A stretch of 64,000 nt of DNA from an uncultured delta proteobacterium (GTDB lineage Bacteria; Desulfobacterota; RBG-13-43-22), in contig CAWDKY010000015.1 of NCBI GenBank assembly GCA_963802945.1, forward strand, positions 344,919-408,918. The letters run 5' to 3'. The position numbers and the translations under genes were made by a program. The notes beneath the pieces were generated by a model that was given only the letters and a program-made list of their open reading frames with translations, made no database searches and was not told the origin of the DNA. Below, piece by piece: positions 19,955 to 29,561 of this stretch (its first letter is position 1; every line of letters starts with the position of its first letter).

Positions 19955-20944
19955 CTAGATCTTGAGAACGATTTTTCCGAATTGGACATTAGAAGCCATA
20001 TAAGCGTGCGCATCCGCCGCCTGATCCAAAGAAAATATTCGGTCGATGACTGGTTTCAACCGGCCATCAGCCAGGGACGGGAGCAGATCATCGATGACTT
20101 GACGGGCGATTTCGATCCGTTCGGAAAGGGTTCTGGTACGGAAGGTGACACCGATAAGCTCCAGTTGTTTCAGGGCCAGGAGATCCATATTCAGTTGACC
20201 GATTTCCCCTCCCAGCCTGCCGACACTGACCAGACGGCCTTTCAAGGCCAGGCATTTCAGATTATCTTTCAAGTGGGGACCGCCCACATGATCGATAATC
20301 AAGTTAACGCCTTTTCCTCCCATGGTCGAGAGAACAGCCTCCTTAAAATTATCTAACCGGTAATTGATGCCCACATCCATCCCCAGATTGCTAAGGGCAG
20401 CCAGTTTTTCTTGGGAGCCCGCCAGGCCGATAACCGGTTTTGCGCCCCATAATTTGGCAATCTGAACAGCGGCTACCCCAACACCCGATGAGGCTCCATT
20501 GATCAACACAGATTCGCCAGCCTGAAGACGGCCGTTGGTGATCAGGGCATTGTATTCGGTCATGTAGGAAACGGGTATCGTTGCGGCTTCTTCCCAGTTT
20601 AGCCTCTCCGGCTTAGGCATGGCCAGGTGTTGATGGATAGTGGTGAATTCGGCATATCCTCCATTACACATACCCATAACGCGGTCACCGATGGCGAAAC
20701 CGGCTACATCCTTTCCAATCTCAGTAACGATCCCGGCGGCTTCTCCTCCGACAATTTCCGGTTGACCTTCTGCCGGTGCCGCTGCCGTTTGGTATGTTCC
20801 TTGTACACGAAAAAGGTCAGCACGGTTCAAGGCCGCGGCTTTCACCTCGATTAACAAATCTTGCGGACGCGGCTTTGGCCTTGGGACATCTTGCAAGGCT
20901 ATGGTCCCACCTTGTTCTCCCCTGATAATGACAATGGCTTTCAT
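19955..20944 (-). CDS. NADPH:quinone oxidoreductase / zinc-type alcohol dehydrogenase superfamily (MDR)
   Basis: 329 aa with ALNRADL..VQG.Y, GASSGVGVAAVQIAK and an overall MDR pattern. Confidence 0.85.
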   Translation of the reverse strand: MKAIVIIRGEQGGTIALQDVPRPKPRPQDLLIEVKAAALNRADLFRVQGTYQTAAAPAEGQPEIVGGEAAGIVTEIGKDVAGFAIGDRVMGMCNGGYAEFTTIHQHLAMPKPERLNWEEAATIPVSYMTEYNALITNGRLQAGESVLINGASSGVGVAAVQIAKLWGAKPVIGLAGSQEKLAALSNLGMDVGINYRLDNFKEAVLSTMGGKGVNLIIDHVGGPHLKDNLKCLALKGRLVSVGRLGGEIGQLNMDLLALKQLELIGVTFRTRTLSERIEIARQVIDDLLPSLADGRLKPVIDRIFSLDQAADAHAYMASNVQFGKIVLKI

Positions 20945-21273
20945 GTCTGTCTCCTTTTGGCTGAATACTCGCTTATTTTTATATGAGACTGGAAGTGGCG
21001 GATCGAACTGGAAAGAGTATAAAATAACCCTTGAGAGGGAGCAAGGAGAAATAAGCTTCCTGCAAACAATTCAGTGATCGCTAAAAGTCCCTAAATCCTA
21101 TTTAGAGAATGCTTTATAAAAAGAAAGCCAGGGACCTGATTCTTTTTGACGAAACCCAAAAGAAACGTTATATAGAAGTTACGATAGTGAACCACCTTTT
21201 CTATCTATGCGGATAAAACCAACTGTAAATTAAACGGCTCGATGAATACCCATCATCCTTTTCAAGGACAAGT

Positions 21274-22044
21274 ATGAAAGAACACCTACCCCCCGCCATG
21301 GATGATTACCAGGATTTAAGGAAGCTCTGCCTGGAGTATTCCCTTTCCATCGGCCCTCCCATATTCTACAAGGAGAAAAGAGATAGTATCGAATTATCCC
21401 GTAATACTTTCGAGGATAATGAGATGGTCCAAAAATGTTTAGAGATAGTGGCAAAAGAGGGGTTTTTCGCCGGCCATGCGGAGGAACACATCCGCAACGT
21501 CGCCATTGAGGCCGGGGCGATTGTTCTGATTGAAGCGGATGGCCTGCCTCCCAATTGTAGAACCGGCCAGAGGCTTTCTTTCCTGGCCCACATCGCCGGG
21601 GTCCTTCATGACATCAAAAGGTCGGAACCCGAACATGCCCGTATCGGTGCCATAGAAGCCGGGAAGATTCTTGAGAATCTCAATTTTAAAGAGACCGAAC
21701 GCCGTATGATCGTGACGGCCATTGCCAACCACGAGGCCTTTCAGGCACCTGAAGCCCTTGCTTCTCCAGAGGCTCAACTTCTGTCCGATGCCCTTTATGA
21801 TGCCGATAAATTTAGATGGGGTCCGGAAAACTTCACTGATACCCTCTGGTCCATGCTGGCTTTGCGAAAGAGTGAAAACATCCCCCAGCTTTTCGCCCGA
21901 TTTCCCAAAAGCATGGAAGGCATTGAACGGATAAAGGAAACCTTTCGTACCCACACCGGTAAGGTCTACGGTCCGGACTTTATTGAACGGGGCATGGAAA
22001 TAGGCAGGAGGCTTTATGCCCAATATATGGCCAAGGAGGACTAA
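21274..22044 (+). CDS. HD-domain phosphohydrolase family protein
   Basis: 256 aa with H...HD signatures (HIRNV, GVLHDIKR, ANHEAF). Confidence 0.7.
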   Translation: MKEHLPPAMDDYQDLRKLCLEYSLSIGPPIFYKEKRDSIELSRNTFEDNEMVQKCLEIVAKEGFFAGHAEEHIRNVAIEAGAIVLIEADGLPPNCRTGQRLSFLAHIAGVLHDIKRSEPEHARIGAIEAGKILENLNFKETERRMIVTAIANHEAFQAPEALASPEAQLLSDALYDADKFRWGPENFTDTLWSMLALRKSENIPQLFARFPKSMEGIERIKETFRTHTGKVYGPDFIERGMEIGRRLYAQYMAKED

Positions 22045-22074
22045 GGGCTGGGACAATTAGGCTAGATCTTATTT

Positions 22075-22185
22075 TATTCTGACCAGTAGTTGGGTTGACA
22101 GACAGTGTCCAGATAACTCTTCTAAAGCAATCGTTCCGAAAATTAACGATTACGGATTGAAATGTGCATAAAAAAGCAGATCCAT
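22075..22185 (-). repeat. Dispersed repeat family B, copy 1 (reverse orientation)
   Basis: The reverse complement reads GGATCTGCTTTTTTATGCACATTTCAATCCGTAATCGTTAATTTTCGG...CTTTAGAAGAGTT...GTCAACCCAACTACTGGTCAG. It matches 35378-35450 and 52183-52295. Confidence 0.55.
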
Positions 22186-22471
22186 TTCTAACTCTGTTTT
22201 TCATTTTCTATGAGGCAATGTGAAGTTGTTTTTTTAACTACCTTCCAGAACTTGCAAGGCCATTTAATTAAAATTCAAGCGGAGGGATGGTGACCTCTTG
22301 TCCTTGGAACGGTAGATGATATGGGAATCTTCCGGGAGATAGGTCATTCGTTCCTGAGAAAAAGAGGCCCGGATGATAGCTTTTGTGGTCATAATTCACT
22401 TGACACACAAACTCTTTTTTCATATAGTCCAGCCGCAAAAAAGGAAGTTTTTAACCATAAGGAGGATTATT

Positions 22472-23599
22472 TTGGTCATTCTGGATATGCTTCAGGCCAT
22501 GGCAAAAGGAACGGGACTCGCTAATTTTACTCTCGCTCATATAATCATGATTTGCGTCGGGGCATTGTTTATCTGGCTTGGAATCAAGAATAAATTCGAA
22601 CCTTTTTTACTGGCGCCACTGGGTATTGGCTGCATTTTAGTCAATGTGCCGGGTACGGGTTTAATGGATCCGGGCGGTTTACTGTATTACAACTACCGAG
22701 GCATAACCGAGGTGATTTACCCTCCTCTGATATTTCTTGGAGTAGGTGCAATGACCGATTTTGGACCGTTGATCGCCAATCCCAGTACTATCATTTTGGG
22801 AGCGGCGGCTCATTTGGGCATTTTTATTGCCTTGGTTGGAGCAAAACTCATTGGCTTCAATATAGCAGAAGCCTGCGCCATTGGTATTATCGGAGGCGCC
22901 GACGGTCCTATGGCCATATATGTGACAACCAAATTGGCGCCCCATCTCTTGGGACCTGTTGCTGTTGCCGCCTATTCCTATATGGCTTTATTACCGGTCA
23001 TTCAACCGCCGATCATGAAATTACTTGTGCCGGAAAAGGAACGAAAAATAATCATGGCGACCATGAGGCCAGTTTCCAAAAGAGAAAAGGTGATTTTTCC
23101 TGTTATGATGATTTTACTTGTGTTGATTGTCTTGCCGCCCATTGCCCCCCTGATCTCCTGCTTTATGCTGGGAAATATGATCAGAGAATCTGGAGTTATG
23201 AAGAGAGTGGCCGACACGATGGCCGGAGTTTTTCTGGATATTATCACCGTTTTCATTGCCGTGGCCATCGGCACAACCATGAGCGCAGAAAATTTTGCCA
23301 ATGTCAAAACATTACAAATTATTATGCTGGGTTTTATTGCCTTCGCCTTCGGCACGGCCAGTGGTCTTTTATGGGGAAGGCTCTTGTGTTGGGTAACCAA
23401 AGGAAAGATTAATCCTCTGATTGGTTCGGCAGGCATCGCCGCCGTGCCCATGGCGGCACGCGTTTCACACAGCGTTGGCATGCAGGCTAACAAACACAGT
23501 TATCTGATTATGCATGCTATGGGACCGAATTTGGCCGGGGTGCTGGGGACTGCTGTTGCCGGGGGAATTATGTTGACTTTGCTGGGGGTGATTAAATGA
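22472..23599 (+). CDS. Na+-translocating decarboxylase beta subunit (OadB/GcdB/MmdB family)
   Basis: A polytopic membrane protein with LLAPLGIGCILVN, MTDFGPL and GGADGP segments typical of the family. I chose TTG at 22472, 6 nt after AAGGAGG. ATG at 22487 is an alternative. The track start at 22373 is unlikely. Confidence 0.85.
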   Translation: MVILDMLQAMAKGTGLANFTLAHIIMICVGALFIWLGIKNKFEPFLLAPLGIGCILVNVPGTGLMDPGGLLYYNYRGITEVIYPPLIFLGVGAMTDFGPLIANPSTIILGAAAHLGIFIALVGAKLIGFNIAEACAIGIIGGADGPMAIYVTTKLAPHLLGPVAVAAYSYMALLPVIQPPIMKLLVPEKERKIIMATMRPVSKREKVIFPVMMILLVLIVLPPIAPLISCFMLGNMIRESGVMKRVADTMAGVFLDIITVFIAVAIGTTMSAENFANVKTLQIIMLGFIAFAFGTASGLLWGRLLCWVTKGKINPLIGSAGIAAVPMAARVSHSVGMQANKHSYLIMHAMGPNLAGVLGTAVAGGIMLTLLGVIK

Positions 23600-23745
23600 G
23601 TATCATTCAAGACACCATTACTGGAGCATTAATGCTGAGTATTTTTGATTTTATTGCTTGCTTTTTTGTTCTATATTTTATCGGTATTTTTATTAAGATT
23701 CTCCCATTTCTTAAGAGAAAAAAGAAGGATGATGTGCGAGTGTAA
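23596..23745 (+). CDS. 49-aa hydrophobic peptide translationally coupled to the decarboxylase beta subunit (possible OadG/GcdD-like small subunit)
   Basis: It is not in the ORF track because it is under 60 aa. There is an ATGA start/stop overlap at 23596-23599. It reads MSIIQDTITGALMLSIFDFIACFFVLYFIGIFIKILPFLKRKKKDDVRV, one TM helix plus a basic tail. Confidence 0.45.
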   Translation: MSIIQDTITGALMLSIFDFIACFFVLYFIGIFIKILPFLKRKKKDDVRV

Positions 23746-23903
23746 ATATTTCAGACCATCCTCCTGATCCTGTTTCCAAAGGTCGTCCTTTATCTCCCCA
23801 ATCTATTGAAATAGAATACAGCAGTATAAGCTTAAAAATTATACCGTCTCGCCGGATCGATCCAATTCCTCTGGCCATTGGAGTACCCGGATAAAGGCTT
23901 ATC

Positions 23904-24101
23904 CTATTCTTTTTTATCAGTCGTGTCTTTTTCAATTTCTTTGGGTTTAGGCGGTGGCTCTTCTTCTTGTCCTGAGATACCCTTTTTAAACTCCTGGATT
24001 CCTTTCCCCAAGCCTTTCCCAATTTCTGGTAATTTTTTAGCCCCAAAGATAAAAGCGGCTATTATCAAAATAACTATTAAATCTTGATTTATACCGATCA
24101 T
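23904..24101 (-). CDS. tatA: Twin-arginine translocase TatA/TatE family protein
   Basis: 65 aa. It has an N-terminal TM helix followed by [18 protein letters not shown]. Confidence 0.85.
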   Translation of the reverse strand: MIGINQDLIVILIIAAFIFGAKKLPEIGKGLGKGIQEFKKGISGQEEEPPPKPKEIEKDTTDKKE

Positions 24102-24424
24102 AACTACCTGCCTTCCTTGTTACCCATTTTATTATAAAAAGATTAAGTTAACCCCTTGTTTGTCTTCCAATAAATATACTTATCCTGCTTAGCCCTTAAT
24201 ATGGATTACAAATGGTAGTATACACCATTTTCAAACTTTTTAGAAATGAGAACTTTAGGAAGAAGTCGTTATCAAACTTGACATTGCCTGTATATTCAAA
24301 TCCTGACTTTCACAGCTAAATAAAACCGAAATAAGATTCAAGACCCGCGATCTCACGACCCTTTACGATTCCCTTTGAAGCTCTACACCCCCTGTTTTCA
24401 AGGAGCTTTTGACATAAAACCTTG

Positions 24425-25795
24425 CTAAGTTTGTTTTCCTAATATCGCCTTTTTCTTCCACCGTCCGCCTTTGTAGTAGAGCCAGTTCAATCCGACGGAC
24501 AGGGCAGTGCTCGTCAACATGGCCATCCAGATACCGTTCTGTTTGAAACCGACCGGGCCGGCAAGCACATAGGCTAAGGGAACGCGGATGACGATCATGC
24601 CGATAAACGAGAGGGCCAGCAAGGCCATCGTGTCGCCGGCGCTGCGGAGAACGCCCTGGATGGCGAAGATGACGGCAAAGCAAGGGTAAATAAAGGCCAT
24701 CCAATGGTAATAATCGTGGACAATAGCCAGCACTCTGACCTTTTCCGCTGATTCCTTGAGGAAAATACCGCCGATCTGATGAGAGAAAAATATCAGCACG
24801 GAGGTGCATACCAGGGCAACGCCCATACCGAAAAGCATGGACATACGCAGGGTCTGGAAAACGCGGTCGATCTTCTGCGCCCCTAAGTTCTGGCCGGAAA
24901 TGCTGGTCGCCGCCATCCCGATGGACATGAACGGGATCATGGCCAGCATATCGATCTGCATGCCGATGCCGAAGGCCGCCGTAACATCTGTGCCGTATCG
25001 ATTGACCAGGGAGATGATGATGACTCCGGCCAGGGAGATCACAAGCATCTGCAGCGATGCGGGCAGGCCGATGGCAAAAACCTCCCGGATGATGTGCCAA
25101 TTCAAACGGTAGTTCCAACTGCGCATGTTGATATAAGGATTGTGCCTCAGCAGGTAAATATAGCCGACGATGCCGGTCGTCGCGGCCGCCAGCGCCGTGC
25201 CGCAGGCCGCACCGGCCACGCCAAGAGGCGGCAGAGGGCCGATGCCGCGAATGAAGAACGGGACGAAAATAATATTAAACACCGTAAGCAGAACAAGGAT
25301 TTTCACCACCGTAACAGCATCACCCAGACCATTCAGCATGCCGTTCATCCAGCTGATAAAAAATTGAAATACCAGCGCGGCCATAACGATGGTCAGATAA
25401 GAAAGGGCCATGTCCCGAATTTCCTTGGGAACATGCACCCAGTCAAGCAACCGTTGACGGAGTGCCAGAGCGGTGATAGAGATGATGAGGCAGAACAGTA
25501 TCGAGGTAAAAAATGAATTCGCCAGGATTTTTCTGAGCAGCTCGGTGTCTTTGCGACCGAAGGCCTGGGCGATAAGGATATTGGTGGCCATGCCCAGGCC
25601 GATGAGAATGGCGGGCATCAGCATGATAATCGGCAGGCTGGCGGAGATGGCGGCCACGGCCGTGTGGCCCAAGAGGCGTCCGACCCAGATCATGTTGATG
25701 ATGCCATAGATGGACATCAACACATTACCGAGCATGATCGGCGTACTAAAATTTATGACCTGTTTTCCAATATGGCCTTCAGTGAAATCCTGCAT
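24425..25795 (-). CDS. MATE family efflux transporter
   Basis: 12-TM-like protein starting MQDFTEGHIGKQVINFSTPIMLGNVL. I trimmed the track ORF (to 26056) because its R/G/P-rich extension overlaps the upstream gene. Confidence 0.85.
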   Translation of the reverse strand: MQDFTEGHIGKQVINFSTPIMLGNVLMSIYGIINMIWVGRLLGHTAVAAISASLPIIMLMPAILIGLGMATNILIAQAFGRKDTELLRKILANSFFTSILFCLIISITALALRQRLLDWVHVPKEIRDMALSYLTIVMAALVFQFFISWMNGMLNGLGDAVTVVKILVLLTVFNIIFVPFFIRGIGPLPPLGVAGAACGTALAAATTGIVGYIYLLRHNPYINMRSWNYRLNWHIIREVFAIGLPASLQMLVISLAGVIIISLVNRYGTDVTAAFGIGMQIDMLAMIPFMSIGMAATSISGQNLGAQKIDRVFQTLRMSMLFGMGVALVCTSVLIFFSHQIGGIFLKESAEKVRVLAIVHDYYHWMAFIYPCFAVIFAIQGVLRSAGDTMALLALSFIGMIVIRVPLAYVLAGPVGFKQNGIWMAMLTSTALSVGLNWLYYKGGRWKKKAILGKQT

Positions 25796-25868
25796 AAGGT
25801 AAGCCCTTGGGTGTCTTAACGATCCCTTTTCCCTTTCCCGGATGCGTCCGAGAAAAAAATGAGGGCCG

Positions 25869-27338
25869 TCATTTGCCTCTTTGCTTGCGGGTATGGCTCT
25901 CCAGATACCGGCGGTATTGGTCCAGCTCGGCCAGTACCCGGGCCGCCTGGGGGAAGGTAGAAAAGGTGGCGAACCCGGCGTCCGTGTACCGGTCCTCCAA
26001 CTCCTGCCTGAGGATCTCCCCCTCAATGCCCCCGCGGCCCCTGTCCAAAACCACATAGATCGGCTTGCCCATCCGTTTCATAGAATCCTTAACCAACTGA
26101 GGGAGGAGGGAAATCATGGAACGCCCAATCACACGAGTGATGAGGTCCACCGGCTGATTGAAGATAAGGGCATCGATGTTCGGATCGTCTCGAAGCAAAT
26201 CCATGAGCACCTGGAGATTTTCATAGCCTTGACCGAAGAAGGCGCCCATGATGTCCAGCGGATTCTTGGCGCTGCTGCCCTGGATGGGAACGAACTCTTC
26301 GATGGCCTTGATGGTTTTATCGGTCAGGTGCGGCACGTAAAGGCCGGCCTCTTCGGCCATATCGGTCATGGTGACCGAGCCGCCGCCGGCACCGCCCAGC
26401 ACGGCCACATTCCTTCCGGGCGGTAGAGGCAGCCCCATCAAGGCGGTCAGGGTGACGGCCATGTCCTCAAGGGAATGGACGGAGATAAGCCCGGCTTGGC
26501 GGCACACGGACTTCCAGAGTTGCATAGATCCGGCCAGAGAGGCGGTATGGGACTGGGTGGCTCGAGATCCGCCCTCGGTCACACCACCTTTAAAGACGAC
26601 GATCGGTTTTATCAGTGAAATCTTTTTGGCCTGTTCGAAGAAGGCCCGTCCGTCTTTCAGCCCCTCCACATAGGTGGCGATGTATTTGGTTTTGTCGTCC
26701 TGGGCCAGGTATTCGAGGAACTCGTGGTTTTGCATGTCGGCGGCGTTGCCGTAACTGACGACCTTGCTGAAACGCACACCTTTTCCCTCGGCCATGGAGA
26801 TGAACATCCCGGCCAATTGACCGCTCTGGGAGACAAGGCCGACCGGTCCGGACCTGTCCGGGAACTCATTGGTCCAGGCCAGGCCACCCTCCGGACAGTA
26901 CAGTCCCATGCAGTTCGGGCCGATAACCCGGATACCGGCCTGGCGGGCCATCTGAATCATGTCTTTTTCAAGCCGGGCCAAATCCTCACGGCCGGTTTCG
27001 CTAAAGCCGGCTGTAAAGAGATGGACGTATTTTACATTCTTGGCCGCACAATCAGACATGACTTCGAGCACAACTTTGTAGTTCACGCTGAAGATGACCA
27101 GGTCAACCTCGTCCGGGATGTCACGAACGCTTTTATAGACCGTAAATCCGAGGATGCTTTTAGCCGTGGGATGAATTGGGAATATTTTTCCTTTGAAATG
27201 TTGTTTAATAGAACCTTCGATATAGGTGTTGCCGCCCCACCGGCCGCCGGGCAGCCCGCCTCTGGGTGAGGCGCCGACTACGGCGATGTTTTTGGGGTAA
27301 AATAGGGTTTCTAAGGGATGTTCAGACAATTTACTCAT
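25869..27338 (-). CDS. ADP-forming acyl-CoA synthetase alpha-like protein (CoA-binding + CoA-ligase domains), copy 1
   Basis: 489 aa with IAVVGAS, VIGPNCMG and SQSG...H(T)ASLAG(S) (phosphohistidine loop). No ATP-grasp beta gene is adjacent. Confidence 0.8.
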   Translation of the reverse strand: MSKLSEHPLETLFYPKNIAVVGASPRGGLPGGRWGGNTYIEGSIKQHFKGKIFPIHPTAKSILGFTVYKSVRDIPDEVDLVIFSVNYKVVLEVMSDCAAKNVKYVHLFTAGFSETGREDLARLEKDMIQMARQAGIRVIGPNCMGLYCPEGGLAWTNEFPDRSGPVGLVSQSGQLAGMFISMAEGKGVRFSKVVSYGNAADMQNHEFLEYLAQDDKTKYIATYVEGLKDGRAFFEQAKKISLIKPIVVFKGGVTEGGSRATQSHTASLAGSMQLWKSVCRQAGLISVHSLEDMAVTLTALMGLPLPPGRNVAVLGGAGGGSVTMTDMAEEAGLYVPHLTDKTIKAIEEFVPIQGSSAKNPLDIMGAFFGQGYENLQVLMDLLRDDPNIDALIFNQPVDLITRVIGRSMISLLPQLVKDSMKRMGKPIYVVLDRGRGGIEGEILRQELEDRYTDAGFATFSTFPQAARVLAELDQYRRYLESHTRKQRGK

Positions 27339-27676
27339 TACTCAAACCTCCTCCATACTTCCTTCCCGCTCGACGTTCATCAATATGGGCATGCTGGCTG
27401 AAGTCATTCAACACGATCGCGTTCCCGGTATTTCCAGAGAAAATGAGGATGTTACGTGACGACATCGATGTTTTTATTGTCGCGGTGCAACTACAGGCGA
27501 TAATAAAAATTCTCGCCGCGGCCGAAATCGATGTCCAGCGGGGTCCTTTGATAGGAAATTGTTTTTTGTTAATATAAGAGTATAGGATAAAAAAAACAAG
27601 GTCAAGGAGAAAAAGGGACCTTCTTTTTACGAAATTGTTGGAAGGGATACTTGCTTAATATTATGAAAATTTTACC

Positions 27677-27705
27677 TGTTACCGAATAGGATAAGGTGTT
27701 ATAAT
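27677..27705 (+). promoter_or_regulatory. Sigma70-like promoter with extended -10 upstream of the HNH gene
   Basis: TGTTAC-N17 with TGT-TATAAT (27697-27705), about 60 nt upstream of ATG at 27765. Confidence 0.4.
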
Positions 27706-27764
27706 ATCGGGCAAGAAATCGGAAAAAGAGAACTTCGTATATTAATTGTTAAATATAGAATAAT

Positions 27765-28442
27765 ATGAAATACGAATTAAATACATATCATAGGAACACT
27801 CCCGATCAAGAATTATTGGATGACCTTAAAAAAGTCGCTGATCAAATTGGAATGGAGAAAATTACAAGGGAACAGTACGATCAGAAAGGAGAATTTAATT
27901 CTGGAACATTAATCAAGCGATTTGGGACTTGGAATAAAACTTTAGAAAAGGCGGGTTTAGCAGTAACAGTAAAACAAAATATTCCAGAAAAAGAACTATT
28001 TGATAATATTGAGGCAGTATGGATTGCGCTTGGGCGACAACCTTTATACGTGGAAATGAAGCCTCCTCTTTCAAGATGTTGGCCAAAACCTTATGAGAAA
28101 AGATTCGGGTCATGGCGAAAAGCACTTGAAGCCTTTGTTGAGTATGTTAATTCCGATAAGGACGAAAATCAAGAAACGGCAGAAAATAGGCAAGATGAAA
28201 AATATTTCGATGCAGTTGAAACAGAATTTAAACATAAAACAAAGAGGAATATTAGTGAAAGATTAAAAGTCAAAGTATTAATGAGGGATGGTAACAAATG
28301 CAAGCTTTGTGGCATCTCCGTAACTGGTGAAAACATTCACTTTGATCATATAAAACCTTGGTCTAAAGGAGGCGAAACAGTTTTAGAAAATATTCAAGTA
28401 TTATGTGCACGACATAATTTAGCCAAAGGTAATATGGAATAA
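27765..28442 (+). CDS. HNH endonuclease with N-terminal homing-endonuclease-associated repeats
   Basis: 225 aa. The C-terminus CKLCG...HFDHIKPWSKGG...N.QVLCARHN is an HNH motif. Two N-terminal repeats end RFGTWNKTLEKAGL and RFGSWRKALEAF. It lies in a conspicuously AT-rich ~0.9-kb patch. Confidence 0.8.
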   Translation: MKYELNTYHRNTPDQELLDDLKKVADQIGMEKITREQYDQKGEFNSGTLIKRFGTWNKTLEKAGLAVTVKQNIPEKELFDNIEAVWIALGRQPLYVEMKPPLSRCWPKPYEKRFGSWRKALEAFVEYVNSDKDENQETAENRQDEKYFDAVETEFKHKTKRNISERLKVKVLMRDGNKCKLCGISVTGENIHFDHIKPWSKGGETVLENIQVLCARHNLAKGNME

Positions 28443-28789
28443 TAAAAATATTTAACCAGGCAATCCACCGGGCCCGCCCCGCGTGGCCGAACGAAAAGAT
28501 CACCGGTCCGCGGAATGCGTGCCCGAATGGCGCGTTGCGCCTGCGCAGGCGCTGTTGGGCAGAGGAGAGAACCTTGAACTGCGAACCGATGGAAGAACGG
28601 GTGTGAAAAAGTAGACGGTTGTGATAGTCTTCATTTCCCTGCTTCAATTTGGGTTCGGGACAGCAACACAAGCCGCCGGTATCTCTGGTTAGAAAAGCGC
28701 CGAAACAGCCGGCATTGACCTTACCCGAACAGTCAAAGCCCTCAGGCAGATCAGGACTGACAGCTCCGATACAACGATACCGCTTGACC

Positions 28790-29257
28790 TTATTCTCTTC
28801 CCACAGGTTTCGGCCTTTCTTTTTTAAAGGCCACCCAGCCTTCGTTGGCCTCTGGAAAACAATCAAAACGCGGGATATAGGGTTTGATGTCGATAAGAGG
28901 CGTTCCATCCAGGACATCGATCCCTCTGACTTCAAGGATATTTTTATGACGGTTTATAAGTTTGACAATGGTTAAACCCAGCCCATTCGGACGGCAGGGA
29001 TGTCTGGAAGCAAAGACCCCATGGGGTTTATCGTCCAAGAATGTGGGACGTACCAGTTTGACTTCACCGGCTTGGTGAAACTGATAGAAAAGCATGATAT
29101 GGGAAAAGGTCTCAATATCTTTCAACCCTTTCATATATTCTAAAAACACAACCACCTGCCCGATGCCTTCCGGGGAAAAGATGCCCTGTATCGGGGCCTC
29201 TTCTTTGCTGGCATAGGGAGAATGAATAAGGCCAATGGGCGTTAGCGTCATGCTCAT
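28790..29257 (-). CDS. trmO: TrmO/TsaA-family tRNA methyltransferase (short form)
   Basis: IGLIHSPY, FSHI.L.Y.FH, GVFASR.P.RPN.LGL and LDGTPL(I)DIKPY are present. I set the start at ATG 29257, which has an AAAGGTG RBS. Confidence 0.8.
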   Translation of the reverse strand: MSMTLTPIGLIHSPYASKEEAPIQGIFSPEGIGQVVVFLEYMKGLKDIETFSHIMLFYQFHQAGEVKLVRPTFLDDKPHGVFASRHPCRPNGLGLTIVKLINRHKNILEVRGIDVLDGTPLIDIKPYIPRFDCFPEANEGWVAFKKERPKPVGRE

Positions 29258-29561
29258 AATCAACACCTTTCTGACAGGAGAGCCGAAAATGAGGTTCGCC
29301 TGCCTCTGTCCATAATCCAAATATTTATCACAGGAATTTTAAGAAGGTAAGCTTTTTCTCCCCCATCAATGACGGTTGGCGGGATTTTTTTACCAGCCCA
29401 TCAAAATGAAAGGGAGAGCCAGAGGCCGCGGGATATTGACAGGAGCGGCTTAAATAGGTAAAGTGTCCATGATCAAGTTGTGCCGATTACTGAGGATATA
29501 TCATGATCAAACACAGAACTCGATGAAGAGATGAGTTCACTGATCATAGAGGAGAGCGGGA

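Noticed and set aside
24363-25118. 251-aa ORF on the minus strand overlapping the MATE gene in another frame.
   Set aside because: It has an extremely R/H/P/G-rich composition with no recognisable motifs. The overlapping frame encodes a textbook 12-TM MATE transporter.
25796-26056. N-terminal extensions proposed by the track: MATE to 26056, thiolase 2 to 9578, reductase to 56004, secreted protein to 46976, OadB from 22373, Fe-S protein from 61438.
   Set aside because: The extensions either overlap neighbouring genes, read through a repeat element or promoter box, or lack an RBS. Internal starts align with paralogs or families and have Shine-Dalgarno sequences.
28363-28975. ORFs 28363-28935 (-) and 28649-28975 (+) as genes, or as a frameshifted C-terminal domain of TrmO.
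   Set aside because: They overlap each other and the TrmO 3' end. Neither has a credible start or RBS within the unassigned region. The Cys-rich read-through does not resemble the known TrmO C-terminal domain. The region is left unassigned (see the HNH islet finding).
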